Origin: a virus
Length of the DNA: 64,000 nucleotides
Virus record (IMG/VR): IMGVR_UViG_3300010373_000004
Location: 1 to 64,000 of that record
Reading direction: 5' to 3' (one strand)
Shown: piece after piece, positions 1 through 10,095 of the stretch
How positions within the stretch are numbered: the first letter of the stretch is position 1
Layout: each line of letters opens with the position of its first letter
Program-made: the position numbers and the translations under genes
The notes under the pieces: model-generated
Databases searched by the model: none
What the model saw: the letters and a program-made list of their open reading frames with translations, nothing else
Told to the model about the DNA's origin: nothing

Positions 1-2097
1 AGTATTCACTATTTGTGTTGTAGGATATTGATCGTTTACTCCACCAGGCAGTTGCACTTGGAAATGTAAATGTATATTTCCTTTTGGATATACATTGCCT
101 AATGACCCTTCTATACCAACAGAGTCGCCAACTGTAACATGTTGGTTAGCACTTAACGTAGAAGGAGTGTTCATATGACAGTATACTACATTAAATGAAA
201 AACCGTATATAGCTGGGTCTGCTTGAATAATAACATAATGTCCCCAACCATCAATTTTATCCGTTGGGCCTGTACTTAGAACCGTTCCAGTAACACATGA
301 AACTAATGTAGTATTTGTACCTGTTGTAAGATCAACACCAGTATGTATAGGCAACTCATTATTGAAACTTGAATAGACGTCCCAATTTTGTTCAACAGAA
401 CATTGAGTATTAGCAGCAAAGACAGGAGCCTTAAGATTAGACGATAGTGGTGGAAATTGATCGTTATACGGACTATCTTTATATTCACTACCATGATTAC
501 TACTAGTTACGCCAATAACTTGTCCGCCAGGATTTGTAAGCTGAGCTTGACCTGTACCGTCTAGTTTTACAACACCTATATTTATGGCTCGTTGATTTAT
601 GTAGTTGAAAAGGTCAGCGTTTACTGGACGACCATATGTTAAATCCATATCTGTAAACCAACCTTCACCAACTTGGAAGGTATGTCTTACAGATTGAACA
701 TAGTAGCAGTTACCATTATGTGGAAGATATATAGTTGAGCCTACTTCATAAGAAGGCCATCCGAGAACTTGTACATGTCCAGCAATATTACTAGCATTTG
801 CCTTAGCCATAAATATTGTAGCATAGGCATTTAGGTAGTCAATTATTTGATTGCCGCCCTGAGCAAATACAGGATTAAGTTTTATTGCCTCTGCTGTAGT
901 ATAGTAAGCCCAAGGAGCTTCAATTTTTCTGTAACGTCTATTGTATAATAATTCTAACTGTGCTTTATTAGGAGCAGTCCATTGGTACGCTTGTCCTATG
1001 GATGCACCAGCATTTGAATTATCTAGACGTATTTCTAGCTGAGTTATTATATTTGTTGAATCTTCCCAATCCTTAAATGTTCTTATTAAAGATGGATCAA
1101 TTGTAACATCATATGTGTTGGCTGGAAGAAACATCGCACACTGACGAAAGTACAACTGTCCAAATCTGGAACAGAATAATTCACAAAAAGATATTTCACA
1201 AAGCTGAGAAATTATTGTAGACCAGTATTGATATTCATGTGTTATTTGGTTGTAGTCTGTAGGAATCTGAACACCTAAAACATTTAGACCTGTAGCTGTA
1301 GTAATCGAGTATTTAAGGTCAGTTCTTACTCCGTCTTTATACACGTCATATGATTGTCGCTGACGTAATAAAGCAAGATACTTTTCTTGATCTTGTGTAA
1401 ACGATATTTGATTCTGCGGTAAATCTAACGGACTAAAAATGTATCTGTAGTCTACGTCAGATTCAAAACAAGCATCTTGAATTAGAATTGATGGCCAGAC
1501 TGGACCTTGAAATACCTGAATAGCAGCTATTGTTGCTGGTAAGCCACCAGGATTATAAACAGTATTGACAGAAGGATCGAGAGGACGGAACTCATTTGTA
1601 ACACTGAATTTAAAGGTATTGCTGGCAAAATGAATAGTAAAACTCTTACCTAGTTGTGGGTCCCAATCACGCTCCATTCTAACAACGACACCGCTATAAA
1701 CACGATTATCTATTGCTAGAAAGGTTTCATCAAATGCAATATTAGTTGTACGCGCCAACTCTCCAGGCTGGTCAGACATATAAATATAAATTTGATCCAT
1801 AGGACCGACTGGAGGAGGATCGATTCCAGCATCTAATACGAACTGTACGGTTCCAAAAGGAATTTCATATAGTAGCGTATTATAAGTTTCTATTCTAGTA
1901 ATACCAGCTAATACAAAAAAGTCATCTGTAACCTTAGACTTAATTGTAACTATGGCAGCAGGAAGCCCGACAGTTCTTCTTGTGTCAACACTGGAGTCAT
2001 TGACGAAATTGGAAGGAACTGAATTCTGTATAAATTGTGAGGGATCGGGAGTTGTTGCTCCACTTCCTACTGATGGTTTTGTATTAGCCGGCGTCAT
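1..2097 (-). CDS. Baseplate hub/tail-associated protein with an M23 metallopeptidase domain (runs off the left edge; not in the ORF track)
   Basis: ATG at 2097 (MTPANTKPSVGSG...). The same frame near the edge reads PIHTGVDL...GWGHYVII...VYCHM...VTVGDSVGIEGSLGN...HLHFQV, matching M23 HxxxD/HxH motifs. Lies downstream of the tape measure gene. Confidence 0.8.
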   Translation of the reverse strand, partial: MTPANTKPSVGSGATTPDPSQFIQNSVPSNFVNDSSVDTRRTVGLPAAIVTIKSKVTDDFFVLAGITRIETYNTLLYEIPFGTVQFVLDAGIDPPPVGPMDQIYIYMSDQPGELARTTNIAFDETFLAIDNRVYSGVVVRMERDWDPQLGKSFTIHFASNTFKFSVTNEFRPLDPSVNTVYNPGGLPATIAAIQVFQGPVWPSILIQDACFESDVDYRYIFSPLDLPQNQISFTQDQEKYLALLRQRQSYDVYKDGVRTDLKYSITTATGLNVLGVQIPTDYNQITHEYQYWSTIISQLCEISFCELFCSRFGQLYFRQCAMFLPANTYDVTIDPSLIRTFKDWEDSTNIITQLEIRLDNSNAGASIGQAYQWTAPNKAQLELLYNRRYRKIEAPWAYYTTAEAIKLNPVFAQGGNQIIDYLNAYATIFMAKANASNIAGHVQVLGWPSYEVGSTIYLPHNGNCYYVQSVRHTFQVGEGWFTDMDLTYGRPVNADLFNYINQRAINIGVVKLDGTGQAQLTNPGGQVIGVTSSNHGSEYKDSPYNDQFPPLSSNLKAPVFAANTQCSVEQNWDVYSSFNNELPIHTGVDLTTGTNTTLVSCVTGTVLSTGPTDKIDGWGHYVIIQADPAIYGFSFNVVYCHMNTPSTLSANQHVTVGDSVGIEGSLGNVYPKGNIHLHFQVQLPGGVNDQYPTTQIVNT

Positions 2098-2938
2098 AAA
2101 ATAATGATTGTATGGTTGATCCATCCTGTGAACTTACAGGATAGTCTGAGGACCAAGATGTTACAGAAAGATGATTTACAGCTTGCATGTAAATAACTTG
2201 TGGTGATATATCTGGACCAATTTTAGAAAAATGATTTGAATACAGATACGTAGCTATTTTATTAAGGTCATTAAGTTGTGGTGAGAGTGTTATAGACTTA
2301 ACATTAGCCGCAGATACTAGTGAGGTTGAGAAATTTGGTTGCGTAATGATTTGAGCAAGGCGTTGAGTTCCGTATGCATCTGATGCTACATTAAGTACAG
2401 TTGTACTTAATTCGCGCATTACTATTGTGTAGTATTCGCCATAAGGACTTTGTGTGGCATCATACGGCATTGATGTAGAAATTATCTTTACGTTAACGCC
2501 AGGTGTACCGCTGTTAGGATTGTTACCAGTCCAACCAAAGTTTGTTTGCATTAAATATGGATATGACCATATTACGTTAGTCTGTCCATCCAACAAAGAT
2601 ATGGTTCTACGAATTGATGGACCATCAAACCCCGCATAACCAGCAATCTCCCAAATAGTTGGTTCTTCCATCCAACGATATGTATGCCACGCATTCATAG
2701 TTGGAAATTCAGATTCAACTACCTTCTTAGTTCTTCGAACTATTTGAGGATTAAGACTGAACACAAGAACTTCCTGAGAAGCCGTAGAGCTTGGTACGGT
2801 AAAGCTCATACGGCCTGCTGAGGAATTTGTTGGATTACCAGCGTTTATTATTTGCTGATTTAACGGATGCTGCGTTAAATCAGTCATTCCACTAGCTATC
2901 GTTTGTGTTGGATCGTCTGTTTGTTGCGGAGAAGGCAT
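2084..2938 (-). CDS. Putative tail tube initiator/baseplate protein
   Basis: Between tape measure and hub genes; 'LVFSLNPQIVRR' resembles tube-initiator proteins. Confidence 0.45.
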   Translation of the reverse strand: MPSPQQTDDPTQTIASGMTDLTQHPLNQQIINAGNPTNSSAGRMSFTVPSSTASQEVLVFSLNPQIVRRTKKVVESEFPTMNAWHTYRWMEEPTIWEIAGYAGFDGPSIRRTISLLDGQTNVIWSYPYLMQTNFGWTGNNPNSGTPGVNVKIISTSMPYDATQSPYGEYYTIVMRELSTTVLNVASDAYGTQRLAQIITQPNFSTSLVSAANVKSITLSPQLNDLNKIATYLYSNHFSKIGPDISPQVIYMQAVNHLSVTSWSSDYPVSSQDGSTIQSLFYDAG

Positions 2939-5325
2939 TAAGTTTTACCTGTAACGTCTTGACTTGAGTTAGTAGATGTGGGACCAGAACTTTGTGTAGA
3001 ACGACCTACAGTTTGCATCTGAGGCTTACCAGCCTGTGGGTTTGCATAAGTAACATTTACATTAACAGCTTGTTGATTGTGTCTGTCTAATTCGGCACTC
3101 AAACCATGCCATCCGTTCATAGCAAAATCACTCATAGACTTATAGTGTCCAGATAGATTGTTTAATATATCTTGCTGAGTAAGTTTAGTATTTGCTAAAG
3201 AAGGGTCATTTAAAACACCCTCAACAATATCATTTCCTACATTTCTGTGCGTAATTGCTTGCCACATAAATGTAAGTGGATTTGTTTCTGCTCGTTGTGC
3301 TTCATGTAACGATGATTGTACAGATTGACTAATTAACTGACTTCTAGTTTCTTCTGGAGACAACATACCCAAAGCTTTTCGTATTTGGTCTGGACTTCCT
3401 CCAGCAGCTAAAGCTTGATAGTCTTTTGGAGTCAAGCCCATACCAGCAGCAATAACAGGATTGTGTCCTATAGCGTTAAACCACGACTTAGCACCAGCAG
3501 CTAATTTGCTGTAGTCTCCCTTGTATGCTGCCTCTAATGTTCCTGTGAAGTCTCCGGAAAAAGCAGCGTACATCATCCAGTTACTTGGATTTCCTGCAAC
3601 ATTACTTAGCACTCCTTGAAGTGCAGGGTTTCCGTTAGGACCATAAGTACCATTATACTGTCCAAGTATAGTACCCATGTCTGTTCCAGCACCAAAAGCA
3701 TTTTGCATTGTTCCTAAATAACTGGCACCAGCAAAACCATTCGCTCCTAGCATAGAAACTAACGAATATGCATTTTTAGCACTCATTCCACCAGATATGA
3801 ATGGATTTACAATTTGACCTATTTGTGTTGGAGAAAGTCCAGATGCACTTGCACCAGCTATTTGAATACCAAACCTTGAATCTTTAATTCCTGTTGCTGA
3901 TGCTATTTGGAATGATGACTTTAACATTTCAGGACTTATACCCATATTTAAAGCTGTACCGTAAAAACCACCAATACCTAGTTCGCCTCTTGTATACTGA
4001 CTAGCTAAAGCTGATTCATTAGAAAGTCTTGTACCTTCTACCATAGCAGCTAAACCAGCGATTCCAATAGCAGCAGGCATAGCTCCCACAGGTAATTTAC
4101 CCATTAAACCATTTGCCAAAAGATTCATAGCTCCACGCTTGAATCCCTCTGTTGTTGAATATGTTGCGAATCTTTGTGTTGCTTCTAACCAACCCATTCT
4201 TTGAAATTCGTCAGAAGAATGCTTTTGTTGTTGATATTCTATGTTAGCCATAGATTCACGACTCATTTGTTCACCTGGAGCAAGTTGGTCAGCAGCTTCT
4301 TTGTATTTATTAAAACCAAAAGGAGTAGTAATACGTTCAAGTTCATCAGAACGCAATAACTTTTCTGAATCAGATAAACTTTCTAGGTATTTCTGCTTCA
4401 TTCCTTTAACTTGTGTAGCTATGTTACCAGACTTTAACATCTGATCTGTGGTCATAGTAGGTGCCGCAACAGGTTTTTGTGCTTGTTTTGCAGACGCTAT
4501 TCCAGCTTCTATGTAGTTTGGAGAGAATTGACCGCCAGCGCCAAAAAGCTTTTGTACTTCTTTTCCGTATTCTATTGTACCTTGTTGCATTGATCCTAAA
4601 GAATTTTCTATATCAAATTCTGCCTTCAAAACTTCTCTAGGATTAAATTTAGCTAAATTTTTAAGAGCATCAATTCTAGAAGTTACTTCTTTAGCCGTAA
4701 AACCTGTACCTTCAGAAGTAAGAACTCTACTTAATCGCGCTATAGCTTCTTGTGCAGACGTAGCTTCTGTCTCACCACCATACGTAGTATTGCTTAATAA
4801 ACTTGTATATGAATCTGAGAACATGCCGCCTACTGGATATGCCTTTTCTATATTAGACAAAGCCATACGTTCTTGTAGCTCTTTAAGAAAAGGACCAGCA
4901 TCTAATTCTTTTGGAGAACGCGCAGAGCCAGTAAGATTCATCAATCTACGTGGATTACGTGACTGTATATTTTCCAACTGGAGAAGTTGGTTAGGAGTAA
5001 GTTGTGTTAATCCGGTTACTATTTTGTTAGCAGCACCCATCGCACCAGAAGCTCTTGCCTGGTATTCATCTAACTCTTTCTTATATGCTTCTCTATCTCC
5101 ACCAGTCATTTCAGAGAAATACTGGTAAGAACCTGGATGCTGGTAGCGTGCTTGAATATAAGTTTCGTCAATACCTAAGCGCTCTACTATTCTACCTGCT
5201 GCTTCCATTTGAGGAAACATAGAATAGTATGACTGATACGCAGGATTGCTTGGAGACATTCCTGCGAATCTAGCCAATCTACTTAGAGAGTTTAGAGGCA
5301 TTGTGCCTCTACGTGGTACTGCCAC
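2938..5325 (-). CDS. Tape measure protein
   Basis: 795 aa, Ala/Gly-rich and helical with a hydrophobic stretch; directly after the tail chaperone pair. Confidence 0.75.
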   Translation of the reverse strand: MAVPRRGTMPLNSLSRLARFAGMSPSNPAYQSYYSMFPQMEAAGRIVERLGIDETYIQARYQHPGSYQYFSEMTGGDREAYKKELDEYQARASGAMGAANKIVTGLTQLTPNQLLQLENIQSRNPRRLMNLTGSARSPKELDAGPFLKELQERMALSNIEKAYPVGGMFSDSYTSLLSNTTYGGETEATSAQEAIARLSRVLTSEGTGFTAKEVTSRIDALKNLAKFNPREVLKAEFDIENSLGSMQQGTIEYGKEVQKLFGAGGQFSPNYIEAGIASAKQAQKPVAAPTMTTDQMLKSGNIATQVKGMKQKYLESLSDSEKLLRSDELERITTPFGFNKYKEAADQLAPGEQMSRESMANIEYQQQKHSSDEFQRMGWLEATQRFATYSTTEGFKRGAMNLLANGLMGKLPVGAMPAAIGIAGLAAMVEGTRLSNESALASQYTRGELGIGGFYGTALNMGISPEMLKSSFQIASATGIKDSRFGIQIAGASASGLSPTQIGQIVNPFISGGMSAKNAYSLVSMLGANGFAGASYLGTMQNAFGAGTDMGTILGQYNGTYGPNGNPALQGVLSNVAGNPSNWMMYAAFSGDFTGTLEAAYKGDYSKLAAGAKSWFNAIGHNPVIAAGMGLTPKDYQALAAGGSPDQIRKALGMLSPEETRSQLISQSVQSSLHEAQRAETNPLTFMWQAITHRNVGNDIVEGVLNDPSLANTKLTQQDILNNLSGHYKSMSDFAMNGWHGLSAELDRHNQQAVNVNVTYANPQAGKPQMQTVGRSTQSSGPTSTNSSQDVTGKT

Positions 5326-5698
5326 TTAAATCCTGTCTTTCTTGCTCAGTTAATTCAAAACCAAACCATTCGGGATGCATCATCTGATATTGCATCCAAC
5401 CTTCATACGCATTGACTGGAGAAGGTTCACCTGCTTCTTGATTTTGCAGATAGTTTGTAAATATAGAAGTATCTGTAAGAGCCGCTTTGAATAAAGCTAA
5501 TTGCTCCCATAAATCACGTAAATGTTGTTTACGCTCAACTTCTCTATCTTCGTAAACATTAAGAACGATAAATTGTTTACGAAGTCGAGATAGCGGTCCT
5601 TGCTGCCAATTTGTAAAATTAACAGCCTTAGATACAAGCCAAAAATCTCTTAGGCGTTTTCGTTCTTCGGACTCGCTACCTCGGTAAATTCCCCCAAA
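5309..5698 (-). CDS. Tail assembly chaperone, -1 frame extension (gpGT-like)
   Basis: Overlaps 5650..6060 in the -1 frame; slippery heptamer T TTG GGG at 5698-5692. Confidence 0.7.
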   Translation of the reverse strand, partial: FGGIYRGSESEERKRLRDFWLVSKAVNFTNWQQGPLSRLRKQFIVLNVYEDREVERKQHLRDLWEQLALFKAALTDTSIFTNYLQNQEAGEPSPVNAYEGWMQYQMMHPEWFGFELTEQERQDLSGSTT

Positions 5699-6036
5699 AC
5701 ACCAAGAACCTGCATTTCTTTTATCCACATACGCTGGTAGCAATCATATATTGCGTTAACAACAGGTTCAGGAAGTTTTAGTATTTTCTCAAACTTATCT
5801 TCGGGGAAATCGCCTAACTTGGTATCAGCGATATTTTCAATGGCGAAGGCTAGGTGCCATCGCTTTAGTACAAAATCATGTACTATTGGATCACTATGCT
5901 CACTTGCTCTCTTTAAACATTCGAGCATTTCTTCGTCATATAACGTTCTCATTAGTATAGGAACGTTCCGCACTAGTACAGAATCTTTATAAGCTGCACC
6001 AAATACTTCAAGTATAATATCTGTTTCGTTATCCAT
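5650..6036 (-). CDS. Tail assembly chaperone (gpG-like)
   Basis: Acidic ~128 aa ORF upstream of the tape measure gene; likely start MDNETD. Confidence 0.7.
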   Translation of the reverse strand: MDNETDIILEVFGAAYKDSVLVRNVPILMRTLYDEEMLECLKRASEHSDPIVHDFVLKRWHLAFAIENIADTKLGDFPEDKFEKILKLPEPVVNAIYDCYQRMWIKEMQVLGVLGEFTEVASPKNENA

Positions 6037-7138
6037 TTTCTCTAGCTTTCCAGAAATCACCTGGCTTTGCTGTATTACCTAAATCTAGGTAGATTGGTCT
6101 ATAGTTAACAAGTCCAAAATCTTCATGGACTTCAAATAAAACTTGGCTGGGTATTGTAACCCTCTTGAAGCCGGACTGGACAAAGGGTGTACTAGGAGGT
6201 AGAGCACCATTTAAGACCTGCCAGCCCCTTCCTAGCGGCAGACAAGCGGCAGTATGATGATGGCCCATGACCAAAATATCAACGCCATCAAGCATTGCTT
6301 GATACTTCATACCCGCGTTTTGAATTGGATACCAACCAATTCCACCGTAAGAACCAGTGGAAGTTTTGAAACTGGCACCATGTTCATAAGCAACACGCTG
6401 TCCAGCTATGATATCTCCATCGAAGAACGAGTTAGAGTTTCTTAAAGTCAGGCGCCCAGCTTCGATAGATTCTTTGAATATTCGTCGCTCAAATTCAGCT
6501 ATAAGCCACGCATATGTATCATGATAACCAAGTTCACCTAAGCCAGCATAACTAGCTTTCTGACTTGTTCTATCATGATTTCCACCAGTATTACGAACGT
6601 TAACTACTGGAAAAATAGTCTCACAGTTTTGAATAAACTCTACGAGAATATCTACTACGTCAATAGTTTGTTTTGTAACTAGCTCATCTATACCAGTAAC
6701 TTGGCTGGTACGCATTCCATCACCCTCAACTAGATCGCCTAATTGAAGAATCCATAAGTCTGTTACGTTAATAGACTTAGTAGCAATAGAATGTAGAAGT
6801 CGTATTGTTTTCCACAGATGTTGCATCTGCTTACGACTGATATCAGTTGATTGCTCGAACAAATGTCCTGTAGCATCAGCCGCAGTTTTTTGTCCTATGT
6901 GTAAATCGGAAAGTACAAGTACCCACGAATGATTAGGCTTATTCTTAGCCCCTCTGTACTTGTCTGGCAATTCAGGAACTTTAAGTAGCGGTGCGTATTT
7001 ATTTATTGTGTGTATGTATCTGTCTTGTGATGACTTTGCACTTAAAAGTTGTTTAAGTTCATTTATCTGTGCTGCTCGTAATGCAGCTGCTTTTTGTTCT
7101 TCTGCTAACTTATCCAGTTCATTCATAACGTTTCTCAA
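6029..7138 (-). CDS. Calcineurin-like metallophosphoesterase
   Basis: Motifs SDLH, LGDLVEG, GNHD, EHG and GHHH in canonical order. Confidence 0.85.
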   Translation of the reverse strand: MRNVMNELDKLAEEQKAAALRAAQINELKQLLSAKSSQDRYIHTINKYAPLLKVPELPDKYRGAKNKPNHSWVLVLSDLHIGQKTAADATGHLFEQSTDISRKQMQHLWKTIRLLHSIATKSINVTDLWILQLGDLVEGDGMRTSQVTGIDELVTKQTIDVVDILVEFIQNCETIFPVVNVRNTGGNHDRTSQKASYAGLGELGYHDTYAWLIAEFERRIFKESIEAGRLTLRNSNSFFDGDIIAGQRVAYEHGASFKTSTGSYGGIGWYPIQNAGMKYQAMLDGVDILVMGHHHTAACLPLGRGWQVLNGALPPSTPFVQSGFKRVTIPSQVLFEVHEDFGLVNYRPIYLDLGNTAKPGDFWKARENG

Positions 7139-7142
7139 ATAG

Positions 7143-7168
7143 AAAAAGGGAGGTTTTCACGCCTCCCT
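7143..7168 (-). terminator. Intrinsic terminator after the tail tube gene
   Basis: GGGAGG-loop-CCTCCC followed by a T-run on the minus strand. Confidence 0.75.
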
Positions 7169-7681
7169 TTAAGCTACTCCGGGGTCATTATTTGCATTGA
7201 CACTCTTGCCAATAAATGTTCCGTATTCCCTCGCTAAGGAAGTTGCATCATTTAAATTGAACCCTAGATCAGAGAACATTACACCGTAGATAGTTTCTAC
7301 TATAGGTGATCCAACCTTAGATGCGGTGCCGGGTTGAACGTCACCAGAAGCAGTTATATATTGTTCTGCGTACTGGTTCACCAACGTAAACTGATAATTT
7401 CTAAGGTCTACATTAGAGCTTGATGTATTGTTTAATCCTGCTAGTAAGTCTCTTAACTTAGCTGTGTTAATAGCCAGTCTTTCAAAACTACCCTGAACCT
7501 GGCGCATACCAAATTCAGGTTCCTTATGATCAGAACCAATCTCTGGAACCCAATGAGTTCCAAAAGATTCAGTGTATCTAACATTCTGTAATCCACCAAT
7601 AGGTACATTACCAAACAATATTGTAAAGAATCTACCAGACTGTGCGTTGTAGCCTGGTGTAAAAGTTCCTGGAGTTGGCAT
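7169..7681 (-). CDS. Tail tube protein
   Basis: 170 aa beta-rich protein directly downstream of the sheath gene. Confidence 0.75.
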   Translation of the reverse strand: MPTPGTFTPGYNAQSGRFFTILFGNVPIGGLQNVRYTESFGTHWVPEIGSDHKEPEFGMRQVQGSFERLAINTAKLRDLLAGLNNTSSSNVDLRNYQFTLVNQYAEQYITASGDVQPGTASKVGSPIVETIYGVMFSDLGFNLNDATSLAREYGTFIGKSVNANNDPGVA

Positions 7682-7691
7682 AGTTTACCTC

Positions 7692-9155
7692 TTAAAGCAC
7701 AAATTCTATTGAAAGTGTGAAATCAATTTCAGTAACTTCAACTCTAGGATTGTAGGCAAAGCTAACAGCATATCTTCCTGGCTGATTTGTTACAGGGATA
7801 ACTGATATAGTCTGTGGATTATATCCAAGAATAATATTGTTACCAGATGCAAAGTTAAGAGCATCCTTAACTCTAGCTAAGATCATTATGGCGTTACCTT
7901 GGGTAAAGGCTAGTCCTAGTAATGTCTGAGCATAGCTGTTCAAAATCTTTATTAATCTGTTTTGCTGAGCTACGATATTCTCTCGTCTATAGTTACCAGG
8001 GTTTGCGGTTGTAACACCGTCAAAGACAATAACACCTGCATTATTAACCAGAGCTACAGCACCATACTTACCTAAGTTCACAAGGTCGGTTTGCTGGAAT
8101 GTTTCTGTAAGAGAAACAAATCCATTAATAAGTTTGTGTGTTAGCGGTACAGCAGGATTATCCATAGCCTTAAGAGCAGCTAGAACAGCAGCTAAATAGA
8201 ATCCATCGTATACCTGATTTAAGTTAGTTACTGGATTTCTTCTAGTTCCACCTTGGTTAGTTAAGAAGGTAACATATTGTGAAACTACAAGATTCTGTAC
8301 TGCTGATAGTGCGTTGTTTACTACAGTAGCATAGTTATAACTGTTGTACGCTACACCTAAGAATGCTTCACAAGGCTGATTTAATGAAGCTTGTGAGTTA
8401 CAGAAATTAAGCTCTGCCTGCCATACACCTGAATCACCTGATAATACACAAACAAAATCTGGATTAGCAGCAGACACGGCTGGTAGATTTAGAGCAGCAA
8501 TCAAATCTGTTGGTGTTGCATTAAGGCCATTCTTTGCACCAGACAAAGTATATGTACCAGCTACACCGGCAGTACCAGTACCAAGTACACAAGAAGCTAA
8601 CTGTGAAATCTGATTAATTTGTTGTGCAATAGACGTTGGAGTTCCTGTATATGATTCAAGAACTGTATTCTGACCTGGAGTATTGTCGTACAAAGATACA
8701 GTCTGAACAGTAACACCAAGACCTATAGAATACAGAGATTGTGAGACAACGGCTGTAACAACATTACTACCTGCATAATGTGGAGCAGCAGTAAATGTAA
8801 ATGCTGTTCCAGTTGCTGTATCTGGAACAGAACCTACAGCTTGTGTTGCACCTGCTCTAACACAAATCATATTTAGGTTAGAGAATCTACCCTGCTGTGA
8901 ATAACATAGTTCAGCAGCAGGTTCTAGGGTATAGCCCTGCTGTATAGCATTTGCCTGTGATTGTACGAATGAACCGAATTCAGCCTGTACTTGTGCTAAA
9001 GAAGTACACAGAAATGGTTGATTAGTACCTTGTGGTGCAGTACCAACCAGAACCATAATTCCCGGTTCACCAATGTTTCCGTTACCAGCAGCAGTTGAGT
9101 TTAATACATTAAATGTAACTGCGGGTCCGTTGTAATTTGAAACAGCTTGTCCCAT
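7692..9155 (-). CDS. Tail sheath protein
   Basis: 487 aa; N-terminal 'VLVGTAPQG', C-terminal 'DGVTT...AYNPRVEVTEIDFTL' sheath-like pattern. Confidence 0.85.
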   Translation of the reverse strand: MGQAVSNYNGPAVTFNVLNSTAAGNGNIGEPGIMVLVGTAPQGTNQPFLCTSLAQVQAEFGSFVQSQANAIQQGYTLEPAAELCYSQQGRFSNLNMICVRAGATQAVGSVPDTATGTAFTFTAAPHYAGSNVVTAVVSQSLYSIGLGVTVQTVSLYDNTPGQNTVLESYTGTPTSIAQQINQISQLASCVLGTGTAGVAGTYTLSGAKNGLNATPTDLIAALNLPAVSAANPDFVCVLSGDSGVWQAELNFCNSQASLNQPCEAFLGVAYNSYNYATVVNNALSAVQNLVVSQYVTFLTNQGGTRRNPVTNLNQVYDGFYLAAVLAALKAMDNPAVPLTHKLINGFVSLTETFQQTDLVNLGKYGAVALVNNAGVIVFDGVTTANPGNYRRENIVAQQNRLIKILNSYAQTLLGLAFTQGNAIMILARVKDALNFASGNNIILGYNPQTISVIPVTNQPGRYAVSFAYNPRVEVTEIDFTLSIEFVL

Positions 9156-9164
9156 AATGAAATC

Positions 9165-9830
9165 CTATACAGGGATTTGTATAACTACAGTAATAGTTTG
9201 TGAATAGTCTATAAACATGATTGGAGGTCCAGGAACGTACTGAATCTGCAAAGCCACGTTACATTTTAAATATAAATCTCTTTGAAACAATGTTTCTATA
9301 TCTGTACGGATATTACGGTCATCACCTTCACGCTGGAGAGAATCTTGAATCTTTCGCGTAACAGGAGTCTGTCGCCATCCATGAGATATGATACCAAAAT
9401 TTTGGAGCGTTGCCAAATAAGGTTGATTGTTTACTGCGTCCCATCCTTTTTCTATGTTCATAGTAATGTAGGAAGATAAACGCTGTATCTCACGATAGAC
9501 TTTTGATTCTATGTGTATATTAATTTCACAATCATCTAAAGTACCAACAGTCTGTGTATTAATTAATACATTAGGATCAAATTGTGCCTGCATCCATAAA
9601 TCCCCAATCATTTCAGGATTTATTTCTGGCATATATGCTCTGACACCAATAAACGGATAATTAGGTTCTTGAAGCTTAGTAAACAGAGAAGCTACCTCTA
9701 CAGTCGTTACGCTGGCACCGTCACTCTGCTGTCCAGAATACTGAGACATTAAAATCTCAAATTGCTGAACAATAAATTGCTCGACAGCTTCTTCTAAACC
9801 ATACTGAGCAAATGGTACTTGACTAGCCAC
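9165..9830 (-). CDS. Putative tail terminator/completion protein
   Basis: Position upstream of the sheath gene; 'YPFIGV' motif. Confidence 0.45.
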   Translation of the reverse strand: MASQVPFAQYGLEEAVEQFIVQQFEILMSQYSGQQSDGASVTTVEVASLFTKLQEPNYPFIGVRAYMPEINPEMIGDLWMQAQFDPNVLINTQTVGTLDDCEINIHIESKVYREIQRLSSYITMNIEKGWDAVNNQPYLATLQNFGIISHGWRQTPVTRKIQDSLQREGDDRNIRTDIETLFQRDLYLKCNVALQIQYVPGPPIMFIDYSQTITVVIQIPV

Positions 9831-10095
9831 GATACACTGGTGGAGCTACATGAGTTTTAGATTCTGTCAATTCAACAGAACCTACATTATGTCTAATTTT
9901 CTTAGCATCATCACGCCATGAACGACCCTTTATAATGTCCCAAATAGTATCTGTACTTACGTTAAATTTCTGTGCCAGTTCTCTAGTTAACATCTTATTC
10001 GGCCAAGCTTTTGGTCCCTTTTCAGCATCATAATGACTTGCCCAATATGACACAATATAGGCTTTATCAACCTCTGTAATTTTATAAGCACCCAT
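9823..10095 (-). CDS. Small helix-turn-helix protein
   Basis: 'RELAQKFNVSTDTIWDIIKGRSW' HTH like those at HNH endonuclease C-termini. Confidence 0.6.
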   Translation of the reverse strand: MGAYKITEVDKAYIVSYWASHYDAEKGPKAWPNKMLTRELAQKFNVSTDTIWDIIKGRSWRDDAKKIRHNVGSVELTESKTHVAPPVYRG

